Source of the DNA: Maricaulis sp.
GTDB taxonomy: Bacteria > Pseudomonadota > Alphaproteobacteria > Caulobacterales > Maricaulaceae
Direction: 5' to 3'
Length of the DNA stretch: 64,000 nucleotides
Assembly: GCA_029251785.1 (NCBI GenBank)
Contig: JAQXCQ010000126.1
Coordinates: 13,702-77,701 of the forward strand
The notes under the pieces were generated by a model that saw only the letters and a program-made list of their open reading frames with translations, made no database searches and had not been told where the DNA came from. Both the position numbers and the translations under genes were made by a program. Position 1 is the first letter of the stretch; every line of letters starts with the position of its first letter. Shown here piece by piece: positions 11,030-21,160 of the stretch.

Positions 11030-14014
11030 ATGACGGACACTCCCGTAGAGACCGCCGAAAACACAGGCAGCGATACCAAAGCTGACCGCGATTACCGCCC
11101 AACTCTTTTCCTACCAAAAACCGATTTTCCGATGCGCGCCGGCTTGCCGAAGCGTGAGCCTGAATGGCTTGAGCGTTGGGAGCGACTGGACATGTACAAG
11201 GCTCTGCGCAAGCAGAGCGAGGACCGCAAACGCTTCGTGCTGCACGATGGCCCTCCCTATGCCAATGGTCATATCCATATCGGCACCGGCATGAACAAAA
11301 TCCTGAAAGATTTTGTTGTGCGCTCCCGTCAAATGGCCGGTTTCGATGCGCCCTATCGGCCGGGATGGGATTGCCACGGCCTTCCGATCGAATGGAAAGT
11401 TGAGCAAAACTTCCGGGCGAAAGGTCGCAAGAAAGACGATGTTCCAAAACAGGAGTTTCGCGCCGAGTGTCGTCGCTATGCGTCTGAGTGGATCGATGTT
11501 CAACGGTCCGAGTTCAAACGACTGGGCGTTTGTGGCGATTGGGACGATCCTTACACCACAATGGCCTTTGGGGCGGAATCCACAATCGTGCGGGAATTCC
11601 TGAGCTTTGTTGAGCAGGGTATGGTGTATCGTGGGTCCGCGCCCGTGATGTGGTCGCCGGTTGAACAAACGGCGCTGGCTGAAGCTGAAGTCGAGTATCA
11701 CGACAAGGTTTCACCGACGATCTATGTTCGCTTCCCGGTTCGTGGCGTGCGCAAGGACGGGACGGCGATTCCGCGTGACTATGTCGGTGCGCACGTGGTG
11801 ATCTGGACGACGACACCCTGGACGATCCCGGCAAATAAGGCGATCTGCTACTCACCCAATATCAGCTATGGACTTTATAAGGTCACGGCGATCGGTGAGT
11901 CTGATTACATGCCTTGGGCCCGGGTCGGCGACAAGTTGATCGTCGCAGACGCTTTGTGGGAAGACACAGCTGCTGCAGCGACGATCGCCGGTTTTGAGCG
12001 GGTCGGTGATGCTGATCCGTCTGGTTTGGTTTGCTCGCATCCGCTGAGCGATCAGAACCGCTATTGGAATTACCCCGTGCCAATGTTGTCAGGTGAGCAT
12101 GTGACGGACGAGACCGGCACCGGCTTCGTCCATACGGCTCCGGGCCATGGTGCTGAAGATTATGTAGCCTGGATGGAAAGTCCCGAATGGCACGATAAGG
12201 ATCAGCCTGTCCCGCAAACCGTTGGGCGTGACGGAGCGTTTCTGGAGCATATCCCGTTCTTTGCCGGCCAGCATATCATCCGTATCGACGGGAAAAAACA
12301 GGGCCAGGACGGGCCGGCCAACAAGGCGGTTATAGATCAGTTGATCCAGGCTGAACGTTTGTTGGCGCGGGGTCGCCTGGAGCATTCCTATCCGCATTCC
12401 TGGCGTTCAAAGGCACCGGTCATTTTCCGCAATACCCCTCAATGGTTTGTCGCGATCGATCGCAAAATGAGCGATGGCCGTACCTTGCGCGAGACCGCGC
12501 TGGAAGCGATTGGCGATACGGCTTGGACCCCACCTGTGGCCGAAAACCGTATTCGGGCGATGGTCGAGGGCCGGCCGGACTGGCTGGTTTCACGCCAACG
12601 CGCCTGGGGTGTGCCACTCACCATGTTTATCGAAGAAGATACCGGGCGTGTGCTCAACGACCCGGAGGTTAATTCACGCATCATCAAGGCGGTCGAAAAG
12701 GAAGGTGCTGATGCCTGGTTTGAACGCCCGGCTGAGGACTTTTTGGGAGACGCGCATGATGCGTCTCACTGGACGAAGGTTACAGACATTCTTGATGTGT
12801 GGTTTGATTCCGGATCAACGCACGCCTTTGGGCTCGAAGATCGACCGGATCAGGCCTGGCCAGCGGATCTCTATCTGGAAGGGTCTGATCAGCATCGCGG
12901 CTGGTTCCAGTCATCCTTGCTGGAAAGCTGCGGGACGCGCGGCCGCGCGCCCTATGATGGCGTGCTGACCCATGGATTCGTAATGGCCGGTGATGGTCGC
13001 AAAATGTCCAAATCACTGGGCAATGTGATTTCCCCAATCGAGGTCGCAAAGAAAAACGGCATTGAAATCTTGCGTCTGTGGGCGGCTGCCCAGGACTTTA
13101 CCGATGATTTGCGGATCTCCGAAGAAATCTTGCAAACCAGTGTCGACGCCTATCGTAAGTTGCGCAATACATTGCGTTATTTGCTCGGTGCCTTGGACGG
13201 TTTTGATGAGGCAGAACGATTGCCGGTGGAGCAGATGCCGTCGCTGGAGCGTTGGATGTTGCACCGCTTGCACGAGCTCGATGGGGTCGTGCGTGCTGGT
13301 TATGATGCCTATGATTTCAAGCGTGTTTACGCGGCATTGTTCAATTTTTGCGTGGTGGATTTGTCGGCCTTCTATCTGGATGTGCGTAAGGACAGTCTGT
13401 ATTGTGATCGTCCGGATTCCGTCCGCCGTCGTGCGGTTCGTACGGTTATGGATGAGGTGTTTAATCGCCTGATCCTGTGGCTGGCGCCGATCATGCCATT
13501 CACCACCGAGGAATCTTGGCTAACGCGCACCCCGTCGGAAGATGACAGCGTGCACTTCCAGACATTCCCGGATACACCCGCGGCCTGGAAAGATGAGGCG
13601 CGGGCGGAAAATTGGAAAACTATTCGTCGTTTGCGGCGTGTGGTGACCGGTGCTTTGGAAACGGAGCGTCGCGAAAAGCGTATCGGTTCAAGCCTGGAAG
13701 CTGCACCGGAAGTGTTTGTTACGGACGCGGCTTATCGCGCGGCGCTGATGGCAGAGATGGACAGTTCACTGGAGGCGTTTTTGGCTGACATCTCGATCAC
13801 TAGCCAGGCGTCGCTGACGGATGGAGATGGCCCTGCAGAAGCATTCCGTCTCGAAGATGTGGGTGATGTCAGTGTGGTTCCCGGAAAGGCTGCTGGCACA
13901 AAGTGCGCCCGCTCCTGGAAGTATTCGACTGAAGTGGGGCAGGATTCGCGCTATCCGAGTTTGACACTGAGAGATGCGGATGCCGTCGCCGCCTGGGATA
14001 ATGCCAATGGCTGA
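11030..14014 (+). CDS. ileS: isoleucine--tRNA ligase
   Basis: 994 aa; HIGH-type motif [16 protein letters not shown] present, editing-domain-sized insertion. AAGGA RBS. Confidence 0.99.
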   Translation: MTDTPVETAENTGSDTKADRDYRPTLFLPKTDFPMRAGLPKREPEWLERWERLDMYKALRKQSEDRKRFVLHDGPPYANGHIHIGTGMNKILKDFVVRSRQMAGFDAPYRPGWDCHGLPIEWKVEQNFRAKGRKKDDVPKQEFRAECRRYASEWIDVQRSEFKRLGVCGDWDDPYTTMAFGAESTIVREFLSFVEQGMVYRGSAPVMWSPVEQTALAEAEVEYHDKVSPTIYVRFPVRGVRKDGTAIPRDYVGAHVVIWTTTPWTIPANKAICYSPNISYGLYKVTAIGESDYMPWARVGDKLIVADALWEDTAAAATIAGFERVGDADPSGLVCSHPLSDQNRYWNYPVPMLSGEHVTDETGTGFVHTAPGHGAEDYVAWMESPEWHDKDQPVPQTVGRDGAFLEHIPFFAGQHIIRIDGKKQGQDGPANKAVIDQLIQAERLLARGRLEHSYPHSWRSKAPVIFRNTPQWFVAIDRKMSDGRTLRETALEAIGDTAWTPPVAENRIRAMVEGRPDWLVSRQRAWGVPLTMFIEEDTGRVLNDPEVNSRIIKAVEKEGADAWFERPAEDFLGDAHDASHWTKVTDILDVWFDSGSTHAFGLEDRPDQAWPADLYLEGSDQHRGWFQSSLLESCGTRGRAPYDGVLTHGFVMAGDGRKMSKSLGNVISPIEVAKKNGIEILRLWAAAQDFTDDLRISEEILQTSVDAYRKLRNTLRYLLGALDGFDEAERLPVEQMPSLERWMLHRLHELDGVVRAGYDAYDFKRVYAALFNFCVVDLSAFYLDVRKDSLYCDRPDSVRRRAVRTVMDEVFNRLILWLAPIMPFTTEESWLTRTPSEDDSVHFQTFPDTPAAWKDEARAENWKTIRRLRRVVTGALETERREKRIGSSLEAAPEVFVTDAAYRAALMAEMDSSLEAFLADISITSQASLTDGDGPAEAFRLEDVGDVSVVPGKAAGTKCARSWKYSTEVGQDSRYPSLTLRDADAVAAWDNANG

Positions 14015-14675
14015 TTTGTGGCGGCAAATCGTCCACCGGTTTGCCGCAACGCCCTGGCCCCGCCTTGGTCTTGGCTTGGCTGTCCTGGTTTTCATTCTGG
14101 ATCAGTTCAGTAAATGGCTTGTGCTCGATCGGCTCAATTTTTCACCAGATGGGTGTCTGGAATACCAGATCGCCAATGGTGAAGAACGCTTCAACTTGCT
14201 CAATACGTGCGGTCAGATGGATGTGCTGCCGTTTTTTGATCTCGCCATGGTCTGGAATGACGGTGTGAGCTTTGGTTTGTTCGGCGCAAGTGAGTTGTGG
14301 GGTCGAGTCTTGCTGATCCTGTTTTCCTTGTTGATTTCTGGTTATTTAATGGCCGGATTACTGGGTTGGGGCGCGTTTTTTGTTATCCGGCGAATGCAAG
14401 CGATTTCCTATGGAATGGTAATTGGTGGGGCGCTGGGTAATGTTGTGGATCGAGCCAGCTATGGTGCGGTCGTGGATTTCCTGCATCTAAAAATAAATCT
14501 GTTTGATTACCAGCTGGAATTTGATGCACTGGGGCGACATTTTTTCTTGTTGGATTTCTCGGACATGTTCCCATTTGTCTTCAATATTGCTGATATGGGC
14601 GTGGTCTTCGGGGTCACAATCTTGATCATCGACATGCTGCTCAACGATCAAGAATCGACGGCGGATAAAGAATAA
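14007..14675 (+). CDS. lspA: lipoprotein signal peptidase II (unusually long, 222 aa)
   Basis: ATG overlaps the ileS stop (ATGGCTGA). Catalytic Asp boxes GNVVDR and FNIADMG, plus VWNDGVSFG. Classic ileS-lspA linkage. Confidence 0.9.
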   Translation: MADLWRQIVHRFAATPWPRLGLGLAVLVFILDQFSKWLVLDRLNFSPDGCLEYQIANGEERFNLLNTCGQMDVLPFFDLAMVWNDGVSFGLFGASELWGRVLLILFSLLISGYLMAGLLGWGAFFVIRRMQAISYGMVIGGALGNVVDRASYGAVVDFLHLKINLFDYQLEFDALGRHFFLLDFSDMFPFVFNIADMGVVFGVTILIIDMLLNDQESTADKE

Positions 14676-14757
14676 CGGGGGTGGCAGACTCTTGGGGCTG
14701 GAGCTTGGATCGAGTCTCGGGTACAAAAGGCCACCGCTTAACTGGAGCTAAGCTGAC

Positions 14758-15300
14758 ATGAGATTGCGTTCTGTATTTTTTGCCGCCATTACGGCGTCCA
14801 TTGCCCTGACCGGTTGCAGCAGCGTCAGGCAGGGTTTTGGTGACGCGAAGGTCACACCGGACGAGTTCCGGACAGTTACTATCGCGCCGCTTACCGTTCC
14901 TCCACAGTATAATTTGCGCCCGCCGCGGCCCGGTGAGCCTCGACCGGAAGAAATTTATCCGGACCAACGCGCTCGAGCGGCCTTGCTGGGCGCGCAAACC
15001 AACTTCGGTGGCAGTGATGCTGAGGCGCTGTTGGTTGCGCGTGCTGGCGGCAGCAGCGCGGATCCCTTTATCCGTTCGATCATTGATGGCGAAAGTGCCG
15101 AAGTCGTTCGCAAATCTCGCAGCTTTGCTGACCAGGTGATGTTCTGGCGCAATGGCAGCTATCAGCCGCCCGTTGACGCAACACCACTTGACGCTGAGGC
15201 TGAAGCCCAGCGACAGGAGAACGCATTTGGTGTGACCGGGGGAGGCGAAGTCGAAATTGAGCGCCGTCGCCGTCTTCTGCCGAAATTGCCGGGTCTCTGA
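14758..15300 (+). CDS. lipoprotein of unknown function (DUF3035-like by recollection)
   Basis: Lipobox signal MRLRSVFFAAITASIALTGC; GGAG RBS; good GC3 bias. The family assignment is from memory only. Confidence 0.7.
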   Translation: MRLRSVFFAAITASIALTGCSSVRQGFGDAKVTPDEFRTVTIAPLTVPPQYNLRPPRPGEPRPEEIYPDQRARAALLGAQTNFGGSDAEALLVARAGGSSADPFIRSIIDGESAEVVRKSRSFADQVMFWRNGSYQPPVDATPLDAEAEAQRQENAFGVTGGGEVEIERRRRLLPKLPGL

Positions 15301-15392
15301 TCCAGGGATTATCGCCAATTTGACAAGTTCAGGGCCAGCCGGAAGGTTGGCCCTACTTCGTTCAGCCTTAGAATCAGCGGTAAAAATGATCG

Positions 15393-17261
15393 ATGACTGA
15401 TATTTCGACCACGCAAAATCGGCCCATTATTCGGCGCCTGCCTGCGCAGACGGTTAACCGTATTGCGGCCGGTGAAGTGGTTGAGCGTCCGGCATCCGTG
15501 GTAAAGGAACTGGCAGAGAACGCGCTGGATGCCGGTGCTACCCGCATCGAAATACAAGTCGAAGGTGGTGGGCTGAGCCGGCTGATTATCGAAGATAATG
15601 GCAAGGGCATGAGCGCAGAGGAATTGGCCCTGTCCATCGAGCGGCATGCAACATCAAAACTGCCGATCGCTGATAATGGTGATGACGATCTGCTCAATAT
15701 TTCCACTATGGGGTTTCGGGGTGAAGCACTGCCATCCATCGGCTCGATCGCGCGCCTGACGATTGTCAGCCAGGCCCGCGGTGCTGGTGACGCCTGGACG
15801 ATCGATGTTGAGGGCGGTGAGCGGAGCGAAATACGTCCGGTGGCCCCGCTGGGGCGCGCGGGCACGCGCATCGAAGTACGCGATCTGTTTTACGCGACGC
15901 CTGCTCGATTGAAATTCCTCAAGAGTGAGCGGGCGGAAAACCAGGGCATTAATGACATCGTCAAACGGATGGCGATGTCGCGCCCGGACGTGGCGTTCTT
16001 TTTGACACTGGATGGACGCAAGCGGCTCTCCATTGCTGCCGAAACCGTCGGTGGTGCCGAGGCGCGCAAGGCGCGCCTAGCCGCGATTCTGGGGACGGAG
16101 TTTGGTGACAATGCGCTCGAGATTGATCAGGTGCGCGAAGACATTCGGGTCTCGGGTTTCGCTAGCCTTCCCACTTACTCACGCGGCAATGCACAGCACC
16201 AATTCCTGTTTGTGAATGGGAGGCCCGTCCGGGACAAATTGTTGGGTGGTGCGGTGCGTGGAGCGTATCAGGATTTCCTGGCCCGTGACCGCCATCCTGT
16301 TGTCGCCTTGAATATCGATCTGCCGACAGACCAGGTTGACGTGAACGTGCACCCGGCCAAGACCGAGGTTCGGTTTCGCGATGCCGGTCTGGTGCGGGGT
16401 TTGATTGTGGGGGCGCTGCGTCATGCCTTGGCCGGAGCTGGCCACCGAGCGTCGACGACCGTGGCCGGATACGCATTGGGCGCGGCACGCCCGCAGGGAT
16501 ATCAGCCGGGACAGCCGCCCGCGCAGCCCTATCAGACAGTGGCGGGAAATGTCGCAGCGTGGGGGCGACCGCCTGAACCCCATCAGCCGCAAGCATTTGA
16601 GCCGGGCATGTCAGCCCGCATCGAGCCAGAATTTCAACATCAAGCCGGTATCGCCCCGGTTGAGACCCCGCCCGGACCAGAATGGCCGCTAGGGGTGGCT
16701 AGGGCGCAATTGCACGAGACCTATGTGATTGCCCAGACAGGCGATGGGATTGTTATCGTCGACCAGCACGCGGCCCATGAGCGCCTTGTGTATGAGCGCA
16801 TGAAGGCGATGATCGAGAAGACCGGTGTTGAGCGCCAGAAGCTGCTCGTGCCAGAGATTGTCGATCTGGGCGAGGATGAGGTGCGGCGGATTCTGGAACG
16901 CACCGATGAGCTGCAAGAATTGGGTTTGGTCGTAGAGGCCTTTGGTGCCGGAGCCATCGCGGTTCGCGAAAAGCCGGCCCTGCTGGCCAAGTTGGATATC
17001 CAGGGCTTAATCCGCGATCTCGCCGATGATTTGGCGGAATATGCCCAGACATTGTCGCTACGTGAAAAGCTCGAAGACGTCGTTGGCACCATGGCCTGCC
17101 ATGGGTCGGTGCGCGCTGGCCGGCGTCTCAATGGCGAGGAAATGAATGCGCTTCTTCGAGAGATGGAAGAGACGCCGCATTCGGGTCAGTGCAATCACGG
17201 GCGTCCGACCTATGTGGAGCTAAAACTGGCAGATATCGAGCGCTTGTTCGGGCGGCGCTAG
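15393..17261 (+). CDS. mutL: DNA mismatch repair endonuclease MutL
   Basis: GHKL ATPase N-terminus ([29 protein letters not shown]) and C-terminal endonuclease motif [12 protein letters not shown]. Confidence 0.97.
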   Translation: MTDISTTQNRPIIRRLPAQTVNRIAAGEVVERPASVVKELAENALDAGATRIEIQVEGGGLSRLIIEDNGKGMSAEELALSIERHATSKLPIADNGDDDLLNISTMGFRGEALPSIGSIARLTIVSQARGAGDAWTIDVEGGERSEIRPVAPLGRAGTRIEVRDLFYATPARLKFLKSERAENQGINDIVKRMAMSRPDVAFFLTLDGRKRLSIAAETVGGAEARKARLAAILGTEFGDNALEIDQVREDIRVSGFASLPTYSRGNAQHQFLFVNGRPVRDKLLGGAVRGAYQDFLARDRHPVVALNIDLPTDQVDVNVHPAKTEVRFRDAGLVRGLIVGALRHALAGAGHRASTTVAGYALGAARPQGYQPGQPPAQPYQTVAGNVAAWGRPPEPHQPQAFEPGMSARIEPEFQHQAGIAPVETPPGPEWPLGVARAQLHETYVIAQTGDGIVIVDQHAAHERLVYERMKAMIEKTGVERQKLLVPEIVDLGEDEVRRILERTDELQELGLVVEAFGAGAIAVREKPALLAKLDIQGLIRDLADDLAEYAQTLSLREKLEDVVGTMACHGSVRAGRRLNGEEMNALLREMEETPHSGQCNHGRPTYVELKLADIERLFGRR

Positions 17262-17284
17262 AAGAAGGGGGAGCTATCCCTCGC

Positions 17285-17845
17285 TCACGCTACTCGTAGA
17301 AACAACACTCTTGCCGCGCCGTACACTTTCTCATCCAACTGCTCCCAAGCCGGCAGCTCCGGTGTTTCTTCGGTTCCGACCTCCAGCATGACAATCGCAT
17401 CCTCGCTGAGCCATCCGCCCTTGAGCAGCTGGTGGAGCGTGCGTTCGCCCAGTCCCTTGCCGTAGGGCGGGTCAAGCAGAGCGATGTCGAATTGGCCACC
17501 GACATTCGGCGGGAGTTTTCCGAGGGCTGTTGCGTCGCGGCGATGCAAACGGGTGTGGCCAAACAGGGAAAGCATGTCGATGTTTTCACGAATGGCACCG
17601 CGAGCGGCGGGCTCATTCTCAACAAACAAGCAGAAGGCCGCGCCGCGAGACATGGCTTCCAGACCCAGTGCGCCGGAGCCGGCATAGAGATCGATCACCC
17701 GCGCGTCATCCAGGGAAGGCGCCCAGGGCGCGTGGCCGATCTGGTTGAACATGGCTTCGCGGGCCCGGTCCGATGTGGGGCGGGTGTTTCGACCCCTCGG
17801 TGCGGTCAGGACCCGGCCGCGATGTTCTCCTCCGACGATACGCAT
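17285..17845 (-). CDS. rsmD: 16S rRNA (guanine966-N2)-methyltransferase RsmD
   Basis: MRIVGGEHRGRVL..PRG..TRPTSDRAREAMFN, DLYAGSGALGLEA, LDPPY motif. Confidence 0.9.
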   Translation of the reverse strand: MRIVGGEHRGRVLTAPRGRNTRPTSDRAREAMFNQIGHAPWAPSLDDARVIDLYAGSGALGLEAMSRGAAFCLFVENEPAARGAIRENIDMLSLFGHTRLHRRDATALGKLPPNVGGQFDIALLDPPYGKGLGERTLHQLLKGGWLSEDAIVMLEVGTEETPELPAWEQLDEKVYGAARVLFLRVA

Positions 17846-17848
17846 GGC

Positions 17849-19090
17849 CTAGCGCCGTCCGCCGCGCGGCTTGTTGGAGGCGGGGCGACGCGATGGCGCG
17901 CGGCTTTTGCCCGAGGCGGGTTTGCCGTCCGACTTCGTCGCGCCCTTCGGGCGGGCATTGGGATTGGCCCAGGGATTTATGTCGGGCGATGGCTTGTCGG
18001 GATTGGCGTGCCCGTCATTGCGGGATTTGTTGCCATAGGGCTTGTCGCCATGGGATTTGGACCCGGGGCGCGCCTTCGCGCCAGGCTTGCCGCCGCGCGC
18101 GCGTCCGGTTCCAGCACCGGCATCCTCGAGAAATGTTTTTGGTTTGCCGGGGTGATTGCGAGCGGGTTTGGCGCCGGCCGGTTTTGGATTGGCCTTGCCG
18201 CGCCCGGCGAGGTCCTCTTCTTCGTCGGTCCGGGCCCGGCCCGGTTGACCCGGGCCACCAAATTGTTGCGACTTTGGTTTGCTGCGACCGCGATTGCCTG
18301 TTGGCTTCTTTGACGGCTCGCTATCGCCATAAACTGTTTCGTCGTCGAGCAAATGCCCGCACTGGTCCTTGAGTATCCGCGCTGGGATCAGCTTGATCTC
18401 GCCGGGCGGCATATCGCCGAGCTGGAATGGTCCATAGGCAATACGGATCAGGCGATTGACCTGCAGGCCTACGGTTTCCAGCACACGCCGGATTTCGCGG
18501 TTTTTGCCTTCACGAATTCCGATGGTGAGCCAAATATTTGTGCCCTTGTCGTTTTCGACCTCAACATCCATCGGCCCGTAATTGACGCCTTCAACGGAGA
18601 CACCCTTTTTGAGCTTGTCGATCGTGGCCTGATCAATACGACCCCACGCACGGACGCGATATTTGCGGTTCCAGGAGGTGGCCGGCAGCTCGAGCGCGCG
18701 GGCGAGGCCACCATCATTGGTCAGCAAGAGCAGACCTTCTGACGTCAAATCCAGACGCCCGATTGAAATCACTCGACCCATATCCTTGGGCAGGCGATCA
18801 AAGACCGTTGTGCGGCCTTCCGGGTCAGCGTGAGTCGTAACCAGGCCTGACGGCTTGTGATAGCGCCACAGCTTGGTGGGTTCGGCGGCCTCGACAGGCT
18901 TGCCGTCCACTTCAATCTTTTCCTTGCCGGTGACTTTAAAGGCCGGGGTGTCGAGCTGTTTGCCATTCACCTTTACGCGACCGTCCTCGATCATGCGCTC
19001 GACCTCGCGGCGCGAGGCGATACCGGCTCGGGCGAGGAATTTAGCGATACGCTCGCCAGCCGGTGTCTGTGGCTTTGTCTTGTCAGTCAC
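17849..19090 (-). CDS. rluB: 23S rRNA pseudouridine synthase RluB-type (S4 domain plus RsuA-family catalytic domain) with long basic low-complexity C-terminal tail
   Basis: S4 domain ERIAKFLARAGIASRREVERMIEDGRVKVNG; catalytic GRLDLTSEGLLLLTNDG. GTG start with AAGGG RBS. Confidence 0.9.
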   Translation of the reverse strand: MTDKTKPQTPAGERIAKFLARAGIASRREVERMIEDGRVKVNGKQLDTPAFKVTGKEKIEVDGKPVEAAEPTKLWRYHKPSGLVTTHADPEGRTTVFDRLPKDMGRVISIGRLDLTSEGLLLLTNDGGLARALELPATSWNRKYRVRAWGRIDQATIDKLKKGVSVEGVNYGPMDVEVENDKGTNIWLTIGIREGKNREIRRVLETVGLQVNRLIRIAYGPFQLGDMPPGEIKLIPARILKDQCGHLLDDETVYGDSEPSKKPTGNRGRSKPKSQQFGGPGQPGRARTDEEEDLAGRGKANPKPAGAKPARNHPGKPKTFLEDAGAGTGRARGGKPGAKARPGSKSHGDKPYGNKSRNDGHANPDKPSPDINPWANPNARPKGATKSDGKPASGKSRAPSRRPASNKPRGGRR

Positions 19091-19128
19091 GCTTGACCCT
19101 TTCGAATGGTCACTCTAGTCCGCTTTAT

Positions 19129-19623
19129 ATGACGGATGCGCCCGATAACACGTTTATGCAAGCTGCGCTGCAACAGGCGCAGGCCGCCGCTGCGATTGGC
19201 GAGGCACCGATCGGGGCGGTGATCGTTGATCCAGCGACCGGTGAGATCGTGGCGGCAGCCCATAATAGCCCGATTGGTGACAACGACCCAACTGCGCATG
19301 CCGAGATCATGGCCATCCGGATGGCGGCGCAAAAGCTGGGTAATTACCGACTTCCGGGGCTGCACCTCTATGTCACTTTGGAACCCTGCGCGATGTGTGC
19401 CGGCGCGATCAGCCATGCGCGCATCGCACGCTTGGTCTATGGCGCGTCGGATGAGAAGGGCGGGGCCATCGATAGCGGAGCGCAATTCTTTACCCAAAAA
19501 ACCTGCCACTGGCGGCCTGATGTTGTGTCGGGAATCCTCGCCGAGGAAAGCGCTGAGATGTTGCGATCCTTTTTCAGGGAGCGTCGAAAGGCCAAGGCCG
19601 CGGAGAAAACCATTGCCCCATGA
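19129..19623 (+). CDS. tadA: tRNA adenosine(34) deaminase
   Basis: Zinc motifs HAEIMAIR and PCAMCAGA. Start MTDAPDNTFMQAALQQA at 19129. Confidence 0.93.
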   Translation: MTDAPDNTFMQAALQQAQAAAAIGEAPIGAVIVDPATGEIVAAAHNSPIGDNDPTAHAEIMAIRMAAQKLGNYRLPGLHLYVTLEPCAMCAGAISHARIARLVYGASDEKGGAIDSGAQFFTQKTCHWRPDVVSGILAEESAEMLRSFFRERRKAKAAEKTIAP

Positions 19624-19642
19624 TCCTGACCTCGCTGACCGG

Positions 19643-19945
19643 ATGGAAACGGCCTTGCGGGAACGCGGAGCCGACCCGGAGCCGCGCAAAATGTTCGGAG
19701 GAGTGGCCTTCATGATTGGAGGCAATATGAGCTATGGCACCTCCAATGAGGAGATGCATGTGCGCGTAGGGCCGGAAGCCTATGAGGCGGCGTTGACCCG
19801 TGATGGTGCCCGAATCATGGACCTGACCGGTCGCGTGATGAAGGGGTGTGTGACCGTGGACGGTCCCTCTGACCTGTCGGCCGAAGAAATCGGCAGTTGG
19901 GCGGATTTGACATTGGCCTTTGTGCGCACCTTGCCCGCCAAGTGA
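19643..19945 (+). CDS. TfoX N-terminal domain-like protein
   Basis: RKMFGGVAFMIGGNM...VRVGPEAYE... resembles the TfoX_N pattern (MFGG-x-f-x-gnm). Only the last 100 codons of track ORF 19226..19945 are used. Confidence 0.6.
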   Translation: METALRERGADPEPRKMFGGVAFMIGGNMSYGTSNEEMHVRVGPEAYEAALTRDGARIMDLTGRVMKGCVTVDGPSDLSAEEIGSWADLTLAFVRTLPAK

Positions 19946-20057
19946 GTTCGAGCAAGCTGCGAACATGGCATCTCTAATAGCTCCGACTGTCACAAAAGCT
20001 TCGCTTGAATTAGTGCCCCGTCTGACCGATTTGAGCGACGTCAGTTTGGGAACATTT

Positions 20058-20534
20058 ATGTTCGTCGTACGTCTTGCTCTATTCGCTGCCCTGGTTTCGA
20101 CCTTCGCAACACCTTTTGCGACGGCCCGCGATCTGGACTCTGCGCATTTGACCGTGTGCCTCGACGCTCCACTCCTGCTGCGTAATGCGACAATCATCGA
20201 CGCGACTGGCGAGTGGGACCATCAAGATATCTACGTCAAGAATGGCAAGATCTCCGCGATCGGTACCGAGCTAAACGTTGAGACGACTGCTACCTTGCAG
20301 ATTATCGATGTCGCTGGCGGTTTTGTGCGCCCACGTGCCGAGCAAACTTTACGCATTATCGTTCACACTGCGGATCGGGCAGCTAATGCCCGAGGCGTAT
20401 CGCTGATTCCTGGGACGGCTGCGAATATGCAGGTGTCGATCACGCGCAATGGCGTTGCAGCAAGCACCGCGCTCGTGCTGGATATCGTTGATGGCCGGGT
20501 CGTTTCACAGCTTCAAAACTGCGTCGCCACCTAA
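20058..20534 (+). CDS. secreted amidohydrolase-like protein consisting only of the N/C-terminal beta-sandwich (no TIM-barrel); possible gene remnant
   Basis: Signal MFVVRLALFAALVSTFATPFATA. LLLRNATIIDATGEW..DIYVKNGKISAIG...IDVAGGFVRP runs directly into IPGTAANMQVSI...DIVDGRVV; no HxH or other metal ligands. Confidence 0.5.
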   Translation: MFVVRLALFAALVSTFATPFATARDLDSAHLTVCLDAPLLLRNATIIDATGEWDHQDIYVKNGKISAIGTELNVETTATLQIIDVAGGFVRPRAEQTLRIIVHTADRAANARGVSLIPGTAANMQVSITRNGVAASTALVLDIVDGRVVSQLQNCVAT

Positions 20535-20605
20535 GCGAGACTGTCTGAATTTTGTCCTGACGGAAAATCGCCCTATGCCGGTTGTGGCTCTAACCGGATG
20601 TGCTC

Positions 20606-21160
20606 ATGACCCGTTTTGAATTCATCATCGTTCTCATGTCGATCATTGTCGGTCTCGGCATCACCGAATTGCTGACCAATGCAGCGCGGCAAATTCAAAA
20701 TCGCAAAACCGTCAAACCCTATTGGATGCAATCGGGCATGGTGGCTTTCATTTTCATCGCGCTGCTACAGCAATGGTGGGAAAGTTGGGATTTGCAGGGA
20801 GTCGAGGGCTGGGACTTTCTGACCATGATGCTGATGTTGGCCGGTCCGATCGGCCTGTTCATCACAGCGCACTTGATCTTTCCCAGCGAAATGAAAAATG
20901 TGGACCTGCGTGAGCACTATGCTCGCAATTCTCGTGCGATCTGGGTGGTGGCGGTGTTTGCTGTGATTACCGCCACACTATTCCGCCCCATCAGCTTTGG
21001 ACACGAACTGATCGATCCGGACAATGCGTCCTCGGTTGTGATGCTGGGAGCTTTTATCCTGTTGGCCCTGATCCGCAATCGACGTTTCCACGAGATTGTA
21101 TTTCCTGTGGTCTTTAGCGCTTTGGTGCTGGATATTTTCGTCTTCCACGCGGTGCTCTAG
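20606..21160 (+). CDS. hypothetical integral membrane protein (about 5 TM)
   Basis: Hydrophobic segments throughout (FIIVLMSIIVGLGI, MVAFIFIALLQQWW, MMLMLAGPIGLFI, IWVVAVFAVITATLF, VVMLGAFILLALI, VFPVVFSALVLDIFVF). I recognise no family. Confidence 0.6.
   Translation: MTRFEFIIVLMSIIVGLGITELLTNAARQIQNRKTVKPYWMQSGMVAFIFIALLQQWWESWDLQGVEGWDFLTMMLMLAGPIGLFITAHLIFPSEMKNVDLREHYARNSRAIWVVAVFAVITATLFRPISFGHELIDPDNASSVVMLGAFILLALIRNRRFHEIVFPVVFSALVLDIFVFHAVL

Noticed and set aside
19226-19642. N-terminal 139 codons of track ORF 19226..19945
   Set aside because: Overlaps tadA out of frame with Arg/Pro/Trp-rich composition. Only the region from ATG 19643 (TfoX_N-like) looks like a real protein.
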